Source: Pecten maximus
Taxonomy: Eukaryota
Assembly: GCF_902652985.1 (NCBI RefSeq)
Contig: NC_047017.1
Coordinates: 26,102,001 to 26,166,000 of the forward strand
DNA: 64,000 nucleotides
Reading direction: 5' to 3'
Made by a program: the position numbers and the translations under genes. Every line of letters begins with the position of its first letter. Within the stretch, counting starts at the first letter, position 1. Positions 26,201 to 37,222 of the stretch are shown piece by piece. Under the pieces are notes generated by a model. It worked only from the letters and a program-made list of their open reading frames with translations, ran no database searches and was not told the origin of the DNA.

Positions 26201-29200
26201 GATTTTACTGGCCAGGTATGGATACTGATGTTGAGTCAAGAGTCAGGTCATGTGATCGCTGCATTAGGCGTAAAACTCCTGTCACTAAGAGAGCAAAGTT
26301 GGTTGACATAGTCACATCGGAACCTATGGAATTGGTTTGTATGGATTTTCTCTCGCTAGAGTCATGTAAAGGTGGTGTTGAAGACGTTCTAGTCATAACG
26401 GACCATTTTACTAGGTTTGCTCAGGCAATACCTACCCGTAACCAGCGTGCTAGTACAGTAGCCAAAGCCTTATTTGACAACTTTGTGGTGCATTATGGGT
26501 TTCCAGCTAGGTTACATAGTGACCAAGGTCGAAACTTTGAGTCAAAGGTCATTAAGGAACTGTGTGAACTTACAGGGATTAGGAAAACCAGGACGACCCC
26601 ATTTCATCCAGAGGGGAATGGGATGACAGAGAGGTTTAATAAGACTTTACTTAAGATGCTAGGTACATTAGATGAGGAACAGAAACGAGATTGGAAGACG
26701 TATGTTCCAAGTTTGGTCCATGCTTACAATGCCGCGTCTCATGACAGTACGGGTTATTCCCCTTTCTATTTAATGTTTGGGAGGTATCCTCGATTAGCAG
26801 CCGATGCAGGTTTTGGTCTTAATGAAGGCAAATTTGACCAATTTCAGCCTAAGACTGATTATGTGGAAAAACTGAAGTCGAGACTACAGTTTGCATACAA
26901 GACAGCATCAAAACATGCTAAAAAGTCGGCTGATAGGTACAAAAGTCATTATGATGTCAACGTCAGGGACTCCGTTCTTCAGCCCGGGGACCGGGTGTTG
27001 GTGAGGAATGTCAATCTCAAAGGTAGGAATAAATTAGCAGATAAGTGGGAAAGAATTCCTTATAAAGTATTGTCGAAACCTCATTTTGAAACTCCAGTGT
27101 ATAGGGTTAGAGTAGAACATGGAAAAGGTAGGGTACGAACACTACATAGGAATATGCTTCTTCCATATACTGGTTCAGAGGTTGTCGGTCCAGAAGGTCA
27201 AGGTCATTCAAAGCTCAAGGTCAAGTCCAAGGTCGTGTCAAAAACTAGGGAAGGAAATGATCAAACTCGTAGGGATGAGGATTCTTCATGCAGTTCTGAT
27301 TCTGATTCAGACAGGGTGTATATTTCTAGGCCTGTGACTAGAGGGAGGTTGAATCCTAGAGCTGGAGAGTTTGTTTCAAGGACTTTGTTAGATAATTTCA
27401 ATTCGGATAGTTCTGACATGTCAAATTTAGTGTCTAATGTTGGGCTGAACCAGAGCAGAAATACTGTTTCTGACAGTGTAAATATTAGTGGTGGTGAGTT
27501 ATCTAGAGGTCATGTTAGTGTTGATCAAACTGTAGGTAGTGGGCGAGTTGCCTCCCCTTGTCTGCCAGAGGTTGTTCCTGTGGTGCCACATGCGGAGGAG
27601 CCACCACAGTTGAGGAGATCCTGCAGAAACAGGAAGTTACCACAGAGGTTTGACCAGTTCGTAATGGAACAGATTGTGGATAATGACTGGTTGTTAGTGT
27701 GAAAATTGTAATGTTGATATTTGTTTTCCCGATTTGTTTGCATTTTGTACATATTTCTATTTTCCATTGATATAAGAATTTGTTTTGCTTACAGGTTCTT
27801 CAGATAGTATATGAATTTATTTTAGCTTGTGGTTATTTGAATATCCCTTATTGGTTTTATTAATCATTATGAGTTTCATTGCAGATTTGACTTTAATACA
27901 TTGATTGAGATTAAAATGTGTTGATACATTGATTGAGATTAAAATGTGTTGATACAAATTAATGTTTTCCAATTTCAGGATATGTAACCATACAGACTTG
28001 ATCTTGTTTGGTTTCAGGTTTCTTTGGAGCAAAGTATTGACAATTATTTGATTAATTGCACTACATTTATAAGTATTGATTCATTGGATACTACAGCATT
28101 CATATTTTGTTGTATTTTGATCTCTTTCTGAAATTTCAGGGTTTCATTAACTAGATAATTGTTTTGACTTTGTTTCAGGGTTGAATTAATTTTGATATTT
28201 TTGTAATTGAGGTTACTTGTCAGTTTCCTAGGTGAAATGCCGGGACGACATTTACCCGACAGGGAGAGAATGTCACCGGTACAAGTATGGGGCTAATTAA
28301 ATATTTGTATATATGATTTACAAATATGTATGTGTCGTCGAGTTACTTGTATTGTGGAAAGTACCTTGTCTATTTATATATTTATAGTAACGTCTGTATC
28401 TTGTCTGTAGTTCAGGTGGTCGTCTCGTGATTGTCCTTATTTAGTCTTGTTTGTGTCTTATATGTAAATTAGGGTGTGAAAGTGTGGAAAAGCGTGCAAG
28501 AGTGAGAGAACGTTAGATAAAACTCCATAACTCGCGCGAATCATCGCAGTTGCTATTTAACCGTTGGCTGAGACGTATCCTCCGGGGTCCAGCAACTACT
28601 ACCTTACGATGTATTATACGACGTGACACTATTTCACCAGACTGCTGAAGTCTTGGAAGGTATATATACTATACAGAATTCGTATTTACCGTGTAATAGA
28701 TATTTATTGAATATCAACATTAAGCACGTATTCGTATACACGTAGTATTAGCCGGTATATATTGATATATACCGTATATACATTGTACTTAGTCCGGCTG
28801 TTTTTATGTTTCAGGGGTTTTTATGTTTGTACGTCTGGAAATGTCTCCGGTTACTAAATAAATAAAGAACCAGCAGGAATTTGGGAGTTTGTTATTATGT
28901 CCCGCATTTTCTTCCTGTGACACTTATCTTTCCTGACTTTGTTGATTTGAAAGTGAAAATATGTTTCGTTGAATGTACATTTGTAATTATGTATAATTAT
29001 GATATTGAAATCAACAAAATTATGTACATTCTTCTGTATTAATATATGTTAGTAAAATATAATCTAGGTCAGGTGTACATGTGGACTCGATACATACTAA
29101 TTTCGCCGGAAGTGACGTCATACGTGAATGCCTCCACCTTCCTGGTACCTGTGTCAGTATAGAACATTACTCGGTTATCAGAGGACCAAGCCAATCCGTT

Positions 29201-30096
29201 GGATATTGTGATATTGTTAAGATGCGTGACCAATTTCCCATTGATGTCAAGGCTGTAAAGACTACCAACGTTCGGCTCGAAGAGAGGCGTTTCGTCGATC
29301 TGGCCACCCATAGTTCCTATAAAAACGTCGAAAGCAATTCTTTTTCCAAATACTCTTGAATCTCATTTACCCTTCCCACAAGAAATTAATTACACGTAAC
29401 CCACATTCACAAACGGCTTAAAGCACAAGAAGCATCGGTTTATTTCAAGGTGTTAAATTGCACAGACAAATATCAGACTGGTATATAGGTGCTGTACCTC
29501 ACTTACATTTTATAAAATGAATCTTTCCGATTGATAACTGGATACTATTGCATTACACTGAAATTGCATTTACTGGCCAAAAATCATCTAATTAGTCACA
29601 GAGACTTCCTTCAGGGCCATACCTGTCCAGAACCGCCCAGCAGGGTCGCATTTGCCGTCGTTGAATCGGTCGTTAAAGCCTTTTGGATTAACTTCATGCA
29701 GTTTTTTGGTGACTCCAGTCTCCCAATCCAAGTGTGAAATGGTTCGGCCCAGCCCTACCAGGTAGCCTCCATTCAGACACGGTACAACTGACCCCACAGG
29801 CCCATCTTCAGGAAAGAGGTCATGCGTTAGTTGCACGACGAAAAAGTCTTTCCAAACTTCAAAATGTACATAACATGAACAGGAACATGCAAAGGTATGA
29901 CACAATTGCGAGAAACATTGATTGGCGTCATCAACTTACCCAGCTTTACGGAAGATACTTCTTTATTGACTGCGTTCCACTTGAACACCTGCTGCTCCAA
30001 ACTGTCCACAAACATCAGTGTCCCTGTGATGTCTTCCCAGTGGGGCCCCTCCCCAAGCTGGCGGGTTGCGTTCGGAATCGCTACAGACACCGACAT
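17295..30096 (-). CDS. RGN: Regucalcin / SMP-30 / gluconolactonase-family protein, copy A, 5 coding exons, 310 aa, apparently intact
   Basis: Exons 30096-29940, 29805-29623, 29316-29098, 18023-17874, 17518-17295. All GT-AG, phase 1, summing to 933 nt with no internal stop. Motifs LGEGPHW, RFNDGKCDPAGRFWTG, ISNGLAWS, GWPDGMTMD, TSCCFGG, GSVFKVTELGVKG. The family metal ligands (Glu of GEGP, Asn of SNG, Asp of PDG) are present. Confidence 0.92.
18076..20900 (+). mobile_element. 5'-truncated tandem copy of the Gypsy internal region (RNase H, integrase, 3' UTR) ending in the shared LTR
   Basis: Near-identical to 25446-28270 at a constant offset of 7370. Ends in the PPT ACAGGGAGAGAA before the LTR at 20901. 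Confidence 0.95.
18083..20332 (+). pseudogene. pol: Truncated pol fragment (C-terminal RNase H plus integrase), 749 codons, no genuine start
   Basis: Matches the C-terminal half of ORF 23479..27702 with 5 aa differences. Begins mid-RNase H at a deletion junction. Confidence 0.9.
20901..21553 (+). repeat. LTR (653 bp), shared between the truncated and full copies
   Basis: TGTCAC...GTGACA inverted termini, AATAAA near 21490. Three differences seen versus the 3' LTR (1 indel, 2 substitutions). Confidence 0.96.
21556..21573 (+). promoter_or_regulatory. Primer-binding site, tRNA-Lys-like
   Basis: TGGCGCCCACGTAGGGAC lies 2 nt after the LTR. TGGCGCCC is the complement of tRNA-Lys 3' ends used by many LTR elements. 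Confidence 0.8.
22241..23458 (+). CDS. gag: Gag, PNMA/Ma-like capsid type, no CCHC knuckle; likely start at ATG 22334 (MATEQ)
   Basis: IPTFSG..SFNVWRYEV..IRQSLKGTA..KLEGLYGNV..KFYTESQQEGESVTAYACRLETLL pattern, then a coiled coil and an N/R/Q-rich tail. Confidence 0.88.
   Translation: MGIGGLLITLCIIACLPNTFSSYRYHKQSVEMATEQTQAQDGAVAVDPELEVSRMIDALSKLRYRVVTEEEYKSLASKKLEFNPPGDKTSTPKPIVRDRIGRGRARSLDYTLKDFKEEPRSVGITRSTLSTGQLDSNLGRIPKIPTFSGQEQKSDVSFNVWRYEVRCLLKDVSLPETVLLQAIRQSLKGTAREMLIPLGETATGTAILSKLEGLYGNVETDEATLQKFYTESQQEGESVTAYACRLETLLHASIESGYIDRVAKETMLRSKFWTSLNERLKTQTRNKYETIKSFDMLVREVRAIELELTNNDKVKSSAKKGQHQPVHAEQMQSKIEIMAEQLTTLCEKIKDLDSKVIGLQSNSRNSNNSNNSRSGRQNRQQNNSGPQRNDNSTGKGKASGQQPKD
23479..27702 (+). 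CDS. pol: Pol polyprotein: aspartic protease, reverse transcriptase, RNase H, integrase
   Basis: LVDTGS (PR); FCIDFR, DLRAGYYQV, RMPFGLCNAPSTFQR, FLDD (RT); IDASHDGLGAVL (RH); H-H-C-C zinc finger and MDF/SDQG/E triad (IN); LRRS.R.RK.P tail. Confidence 0.97.
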   Translation: MGGGNQVSPNKLNSVRFKQALIGSANEATLEVCGIKTLCLVDTGSMVSTCSKTFFERLPGSQLLSLVDFGLDLYCADGSSMPYLGYFEADILLSSLNQEAPVKIPVLVVPDTAYNSRVPLVIGTNVLNLFEEGEVRDSREARIWRQALKSLSGQLNVKTTNRTSFSIGPGQSRVIHGLVRNKDRQDVVIVESCSDSPQGLMVCPRLVKLEPGNTDRIPVRVCNITAHPVQIRPRSVLCSVHEARVVEHWDPAGDQDSISDTESEDGLDFEGLGIKLNTESLNPDELKEAKGMLGNWKSLFSTSQFDIGRADLVKHQIKLMDEKPFRLPYRRIPPAMYEEVRDHLRDLKASDVIEDSSSPYASNVVLVRKKNGQLRFCIDFRTLNSKTVKDQYCLPRTDQVLDCLVGSKYFSKLDLRAGYYQVEVDEKDKEKTAFSVGPLGFYQFKRMPFGLCNAPSTFQRLMERCLGNMNLVECLIFLDDILVFSKTFKEHLERLEGVFQKLQAHGLRLNPTKCEFFKISVQYLGHIISEHGIGADPEKIEALKSWKPCSSVKEVRTFLGFTGYYRKFVKDYVKIVRPLNDLLIGHPTAKVKGRSKVEKIPFVWSDDCQAAFDVLIEKLTTPPVLAYADFTKPFRLNIDASHDGLGAVLYQNQDGHDRVVAYASRGLRPTEKLYPAHKLEFLCLKWAVTEKFKDYLYGQQFDVYTDNNPLTYVTSSAKLDATGHRWVAELANYSFKLLYRSGKVNKDADGLSRRPVETECVFPDVVKAVCHAASVNRSCLPLVESLVITNSVQGTVDDVGCSGFSQVDWVKEQLADADVNRVVLLLSSGVELSGKQLEKESVAVRKLVRERKRLQIQDGVLYHVVVVDGIRVKQIVVPKNMRSSVFEGYHDNQGHQGRDRTLSLLKARFYWPGMDTDVESRVRSCDRCIRRKTPVTKRAKLVDIVTSEPMELVCMDFLSLESCKGGVEDVLVITDHFTRFAQAIPTRNQRASTVAKALFDNFVVHYGFPARLHSDQGRNFESKVIKELCELTGIRKTRTTPFHPEGNGMTERFNKTLLKMLGTLDEEQKRDWKTYVPSLVHAYNAASHDSTGYSPFYLMFGRYPRLAADAGFGLNEGKFDQFQPKTDYVEKLKSRLQFAYKTASKHAKKSADRYKSHYDVNVRDSVLQPGDRVLVRNVNLKGRNKLADKWERIPYKVLSKPHFETPVYRVRVEHGKGRVRTLHRNMLLPYTGSEVVGPEGQGHSKLKVKSKVVSKTREGNDQTRRDEDSSCSSDSDSDRVYISRPVTRGRLNPRAGEFVSRTLLDNFNSDSSDMSNLVSNVGLNQSRNTVSDSVNISGGELSRGHVSVDQTVGSGRVASPCLPEVVPVVPHAEEPPQLRRSCRNRKLPQRFDQFVMEQIVDNDWLLV
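28259..28270 (+). promoter_or_regulatory. Polypurine tract (also at 20889-20900)
   Basis: ACAGGGAGAGAA immediately precedes the LTR TG. Confidence 0.85.
28271..28922 (+). repeat. 3' LTR (652 bp)
   Basis: Direct repeat of 20901-21553. Host intron sequence CTTATCTT resumes at 28923. Confidence 0.96.
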
Positions 30097-33019
30097 TCCT
30101 GAAAACATACAACACTTACCTGTTGTTCAAACTGGTAAAATACTATACAAATACAGCCTACATACCGACCCCTTTTACAGTTTTTATCAGTGTTTATCCC
30201 GCATGGAGTTAACGTATATTACTACTTGTGTACGTAAAACGCGCTGTTGCAAGACGCCGCTTATATCATTTTACTCGATAAACATATTGTCTACTTTATC
30301 TTTGCTGATATAATTTTGAAACTGGCATGGAAACCATCTTCCAACCACATGTGAGAGATAAAGTTAAGAGACATGTTTTATCTATAATTCTCTTTTTTTT
30401 TTTACAAATCTCTCGAGTAACACATTATCTGTTTATAAACTCTCCGTCTATATTTCTATACATTAATTCCTAGTCACAGGCAGAACTGCTTAACTTTGAA
30501 ACAGTTGCCTTGACGGTATGCATCTCGAGTCTTAATTATGCACAAATCACGGGTTACTAGAGCAGTTCTAACCTTGACCTACTGGATTTTTCCCTGGCGT
30601 TACAATACCAGTCTAGTGTCAACTAAAGCTTCTCTACTGATAGCGGTAACACGTGAAATTATAAGGGAAGCGATAATTGTATTTACCTTATAGAAACCAG
30701 GACATTACATGTGTATATCTAATAGGAAACTGATACAAACTAGTTCAATGCACAGTATTTCATATTGCTGTCATATTGGCAAGTAATGTTTAGATTATAT
30801 AAATAACTGTTAGTAACGTACGCCATGTGTTTAATATTCTTTTCATCACATGACTCATGGTCATAAAAAATGAGCAAAGGTTCCTGTAAAAGAAGAACAA
30901 TTCTACTAAGGAAATACATTCAGCCACAAGGATTGTGTTTCAATAATTATTCAACACACATTCAAATGACATACTGCATCGATCTAAATAAGAATTTTTT
31001 CAAAATTGTTGAAAAGTGAAGATTTTCTAACATCTCTGACATTAATGTTGTAATTATATAATAAAAAATATTGGCCTATTGATCTGATACAGAACTAGGT
31101 AGTAATGAGACAAATATATTGCTTTATATATTGTATCATATATTATAAATATTTTATTATATATTTATAAATATTATTTCATAAATTAAATTTTACATTA
31201 TCTCCATTTAACCATCATCCGTATCAGATATTGTTTTTTTTTACATTGTAAGTCATCACACATTGCGTTTCCACTATTTATTCAAAGAAAACGTCATCAT
31301 TAGGTAACAACTACTTGAGCAGAATCAACAGTAACCCCGATTGTACCAATGGTACTTTCAGCAATTAACGTCTACTGACGATGTAGCCATGCAGTGAAAA
31401 GCCGCATAGTGAAGTATTTGTGTAACAGTCAGTTATTAGCGATTATTTGTATAACATTGACTGCAGGGACAATCACATCACCGTTTTCAATCAACCAATT
31501 AGCGCAACTTAACAGTGAATAGCCTAATCACACAGTGATTTTTAAGGTGCTCATAATTAGTGTAATTAACAACTGATTCAGTTATATCTGTTTAAAATCC
31601 AACAATTACTTAACTAGGATCCACTTCAGTTAAGGTTAGTACGGATCTGGTCGAACACGTATATGATTGACAGTCAAGACCATGTACATATGTGTTTTAT
31701 GTAGTTTTGCATTTCTCTCTAACGTTTGTATTTTTCAAATGATAAAACCATACAAGCACATGGTATGATGCGTATGCTACAGTATCCGTGTTGTACGATT
31801 CAAATTACGTTAAATTACGATAAAGAAGCCGTTTAAAGGATGCCCAAACCTTAATTCATAACAACATGAGATCCTTCTTGCGAGACACAAATTTGTGAAG
31901 ATATTTAAGAATCATCATAATATTTAAAACTTTATACTATATCGATGTAGCTAGCTGCAGATGTTACAACTGTTTTGATATTTGTGTGTATAATCAAGTT
32001 TTTATTATTTTTTTTTTAAATTTGGTTTTGTTCTGGAGTCAAGTTACTCGCAATTGATAAAATTCGTTCATATTTTTCGAATAAACAACAAAAAGCATGC
32101 CGGTTTTAATGGAGATGCCACTTTCCATGACACTACATGGCTTATATATATCTTCTAATCAGCGATTAAGACATAAAGTAAGAACGCACATGGGTGTGTT
32201 ATGCTATCGTGGACGTAAAACTAGTTTAAATTAACTTGATCTTTACTCAGCGTGTCATTCTAAGGAGATAAACAGTAGTTTGTGTCTTGTGTTATCAAAC
32301 CGTAGGTATTTCTTTCTCGGCGTCACGAAGATATACAGTTAAGTACATTTGGCCCTCTCTTGCAGAAGTTTAAACAGGAATACTCGCCATTCCAATGTGA
32401 TTAAGTATGTCTCTCTTACTGGGACACGTCATCATCACTACATCTAGGATTTCATTCCCTTCATAAAGGACCCGACATATATTACTTTAATTATGTAACT
32501 CTGAACTGAGAGAAATATAACTCACGTAACGGAAATGAAGTTTATCTTTTATAAAATAATACCATTCAGTGGGTTTGTGAGTGTTGATGTAATTATTTAC
32601 ATTTCACTTCGCGGAGCCTCTATGAAACTAGCAAACTCATATCATTTCGTTTCCCGATGAAGATTTGGGTCGGATGCTGTTCCGAAACGCGAATCATTTT
32701 TGCATTGGCGATTTAGTTTTGTACTGCTTTAAACTGAATGCACTTTCATTTTGTGAATAATGTAACATTGTTATTCTGTATATATATAAACACGAGCGGA
32801 ATAGCTGATTTACGTGCTTATAAAAATGCCAATATTAACCAGACAGTTTAGAAACACATAATTTGACAAAACACTTATACTCTCGATAGCACTGAGCTTA
32901 TAATCTTCTACACAGTAGCTGTCTCGAATGTGATACTGGGTATGTATCATTTGAGGAATCAAAGACAACGAAAACTAAATCCTAACACTGTTAGACAACA
33001 CAAAATAAACTAGTGTCGG

Positions 33020-33320
33020 CAATATGCTATACTTCGCGTATGCATATTACTATCATAATGGCGTCCTGTTATATCATTTTTTCTCAAATGAGCACAGGAG
33101 TTCTGAATAACGCCTCAGAGTATACAATTGACGAAGGAAGACAACTTTATGACTCGTGCCCTGACCGGGCCTCGAACTCGCGATCTACGGCACCCAATCG
33201 CCTAGCCAGAAATACCCGCAACTTATACCACTGCTCTTAAAAAAGAACGTTTCAATGGCGCAGTGATAGTCGGCCCGATATCCTGACATGATCACAGAGT
33301 GGAAGTCGTCTATAAGTCTT
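33020..33320 (-). mobile_element. Short insertion containing a tRNA-derived segment (SINE-like), specific to copy A
   Basis: Minus strand has GCAGTGGTATAAG (A-box-like) and GAGTTCGAGGCCCGG (B-box-like) within 33155-33236. Absent from the paralogous position near 53300. Confidence 0.55.
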
Positions 33321-35292
33321 TATATATATATGTATATGCTTTATTCTGAGGCAAATTACTAACCAATAGAAAACGAGCTTCTGTGGAAGGAGGACACAAT
33401 GTTTCAGGCCGTCGAATTCCTCCAATTTTCGGTTAAGATATTGAGTTACATACGACATCTGTGAATAACAGCAAGGCTAAACATCAAACTGTCACTCGCA
33501 TTATAAAACCTTATAAAATCTTATTTCAAAGTGGTTTTTGATACATATTAACTGTTTTCTTCTCGTAGGTCCTGTGTTCAAACTTTCTGAAAATGAGACC
33601 AGGTGTCTCGATTGACCAAATCACATACTATACTGTTACCACTGCGCATTGAATTCGTACTTCAACATCGGAATCATCAAGCGTGATTGGAGTTTCCTGG
33701 GCGACGTGAGTAGCTGACTGATTACTGTTTCGGTACTGTGCACACATGTACGATAAGTGGAGCATTGCCGTGTACATTTTAAATTGGTTTACGTAAATGC
33801 AAATACATAAAGATTGATTGTTAGTTTTGTTGTAGGTGCAAAAAGTATATGAAATGTTTCGCAGCTCTTCTCTTTTGAACAAGTTTCATTTCCTGCATTA
33901 GTCCATTTAAGCAACAAAATTGACAACCAATCCTTAAATGAAGAGTTTCACAGCACAATTCAATGAAAAATAGTGATAAAGCAATTAATGATAAAGATTG
34001 ATGATGCAAGGGCAAAGTGTGAACACAATATATTGTGACAAAGAGGCACTTTAAATCGCATAAGGAAAAGAGGACCACGCGTTTCAGAAGGATAATCATA
34101 AGCGTATATACGATGTTTTACGTTAATTCCATATTTTCCCACTGGTACGCAGATTTCGTCCCTACATAAGACCCTTCCATCCGGACCAACGAGAATGGAT
34201 GATACATGTATAATATGACATAACATGTGTTGTGAAATAAATAAAATAATATCTAAAATGTGTGATATTCTTCAATAAATGAACTTGAAATGACATGACA
34301 AGGAATTTATAGCTTCTTTCCATTACTTTGTTACGATTATATATATATATATCTAATCCTGAAACGATATTGAGTTTAAACAACAAAATAGCCATTAGAT
34401 AACTATGAATCTACAAATTTATAGAAATCCCTAAATTCAAATTATATTGTATAAAGTCCGTATTCGATGCACTGCCTTTATCGACATTTCAACCGAAGAA
34501 GATAGTTCGTAGGTTGGTTAGATAACGTGGGAAGGGAGGCAATTCGTATAAATAACTCTCTGTTGTGTAAGGAACTTTGACATTCGACTTCGAGGGGAAT
34601 CTTTCCTTGTGCATTACGGTGCCCTATAGGGCCCTTTACGACTTTCTATACTTGAATGATTTCCATTGTACGCACACTAATGCAAATTAACATGTATTTA
34701 TTTTGCTTTCCTTAATGTAGAAATGTAGAATCTGCCTGAACTTTTTAAAAACCTGTTTTATCACAGAAGTCTCAATTGACCATCAAGGTTATGATCAACA
34801 GATAAAGAAAATTGAAATGGTGATATACATTAGTACGTCAGTTGGGATTCATTTTGTTTACTTACTGTCAATATGCGCTAACATATAAATGTCAATAATT
34901 AGAGTTTAAATAAGTATTCATACTTAAGTGATCCTCCATATTTAAAAAAACAAAACAACAACATACAAACAAATAAAACAAAAACAAAACAAAAAATCAA
35001 TGAAAATACGCTGTAATGTTTATCATTTAAATTATAATAGCAATACAACTTGTTGAAACAAAAAATCCTCATTTGTATGCTCTCTTATTGGACAAAGCAT
35101 TCTTTAATGTTACTTGTTTAAAACGAGGGTTTGATGTTAACATTTATTATAAACCAAATGTAACCCGAAAGCACTTAGCGATTTCATCATCAACTCTTTA
35201 TATACAATTCCTTTATTGTTGGCAAACAGCATGAACGGCGATCTTTGTCAGATCTTTAACGAGCTTACGGCTTGGTCTGTGTAATATTGGCA

Positions 35293-37222
35293 CAGTATCA
35301 CCATCGAATGAAAACTGAAAATACAGTATCACCATCGAATGAAAACTGAAAATTCAGTATCACCATCGAATGAAAACTGAAAATACAGTATCATTGTCGA
35401 ATGAAAACTGAAAATACAGTTTCATCTTTGAATGAAAACTGAAAATACAGTATCAACCGTCGAATGAAAACTGAAAATTCAGTATCACTATCGACTGTAA
35501 ACTGAGAATACACATCATCATCGAATGAAAACTGAAATTACATTATCACTATCGAATGAAAAGTGAAATTACATTATCACTATCGAATGAAACCTGAAAA
35601 TACAGTATTACCATCGAATGAAAACTGAATATTCAGTATCATCATCGAATGAAAAGTGAAATTACATTATCACTATCGAATGAAAACTGAAAATACAGTA
35701 TTACCATCGAATGAAAACTGAAAATACAGTATCACCATCGAATGAAGACTGAAAATACAGTATCACCATCGAATGAAGACTGACATACAGAATCACCATC
35801 GAATGAAAACTGAAATGACAGTATCATCATCGAATGAAAACTGAAATGACAGTATTACCATCGAATGAAAACTGAAATGACAGTATTACCATCGAATGAA
35901 GCTAAAAATACAGTATCATCATCAAATGAAAACTGAAAATACAGTACGAACATCAAATGAAAACTGAAATGACAGTATCATCATCGAATGAAAACTGAAA
36001 TACAGAATCATCATCGAATGAAAACTGAAATGACAGTATCATCATCGAATGGAAACTGAAATGACAGCATTACCATCGAATGAAAACTGAAAATACAGTA
36101 TCACCATCGAATGAAAACTGAAAATACAGTATTACCATCGAATGAAAACTGAAAATACAGTATCATCATCGAACGAAAACTGAAAATACAGTATCATCAT
36201 CGAATGAAAACTGAAAATACATTACCACCATCAAATGAAATCTGAAAATACAGTACTACCATCGAATGAAGACTGAAATACAGAATCATCATCGAATAAA
36301 AACTGAAATACAGTATTACCATCGAATGAAAACTGAAAATACAGTATCGCCATCGAATGAAAACTGAAAATACAGTATCACCATGGAATGAAAACTGAAA
36401 ATACATTATCACCATCGAATGAAAACTGAAAATACAGTATCACCATGGAATGAAAACTGAAAATACATTATCACCATCGAATGAAAACTGAAAATACAGT
36501 ATCATCGTCGAATGAAAACTGAAATGACAGTATTACCATCGAGTGAAAACTGAAAATACAGTATCACCATCGAATGAAAAACTAACAATAAAGTATTGTC
36601 ATGGAATGAAAACTGAAAATACAGTATCACCATCGAATGAACAACTAACAATACAGTATCGTCATTGAATGAAAACTGAAAATGCAGTATCATCATCGAA
36701 GGAAAACTGAAAATACAGTATCACCATCGAATGAAATCTGAAAATACAGTATCACCATCGAATGAAAACTGAAAATACAGTATCACCATCGAATGAACAA
36801 CTAACAATACAGTATCGTCATTGAATGAAAACTGAAAATACAGTTTCATCATCGAAGGAAAACTGAAAATTCCGTTTCACCATCGAATGAAATCTGAAAA
36901 TACAGTTTTATCATCGAATAAAAACAGAAAATACAGTATCACCATCTAATGAAAACTGAAAATACATTATCACCATCGAATGAAAACTGAAAATGCAGTA
37001 TCACCATCGAATGAAAATTGAATATTCAGTATCATTACCGAATGAAAACTGAAATTTCATTATCACTATCGAATGAAAACTGAAAAATACAATATCACCA
37101 TCGAATGAAAACTGAAAATTCAGTATCACCATTGAATGAAAACTGAAAATACAATATCACCATCGAATGAAAACTAACAATACAGTATCATCATTGAATA
37201 AAAACTGAAAATACAGTATCAC
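35293..37222. repeat. 31-bp tandem minisatellite (CAGTATCACCATCGAATGAAAACTGAAAATA)n, ~62 copies
   Basis: Period of 31 (35293, 35324...). Confidence 0.97.

Larger units (their letters stand above)
20901..28922 (+). mobile_element. Full-length Ty3/Gypsy LTR retrotransposon (~8.0 kb), antisense within regucalcin A intron 3
   Basis: TG...CA LTRs at 20901-21553 and 28271-28922, PBS, intact gag and pol (PR-RT-RH-IN order), PPT. Confidence 0.97.
15420..35293. other. Segmental duplication, copy A (regucalcin gene plus the intergenic region that precedes the P450 in copy B)
   Basis: Collinear similarity to 38420-54932, from TTTCATTCGTTGCCAATCACATTTACC to GCTTGGTCTGTGTAATATTGGCAC, interrupted by copy-specific insertions. 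Confidence 0.92.

Noticed and set aside
27703-28270. env-like third ORF
   Set aside because: No sense-strand ORF of meaningful length between pol and the PPT.
29734-30313. Plus-strand ORFs 29734..30102 and 29897..30313 (also 17359..17655, 17699..18031, 49786..50169)
   Set aside because: Antisense shadows of regucalcin exons.
33155-33236. Functional tRNA gene (also 42990-43050 and 50985-51062)
   Set aside because: Only A/B-box-like motifs, no convincing cloverleaf, and each lies within a copy-specific insertion.
35293-37222. CRISPR array or coding repeats (ORFs 36197..36415, 36502..36696)
   Set aside because: Head-to-tail 31-bp units with no spacers. The ORFs are by-products of the repeat.
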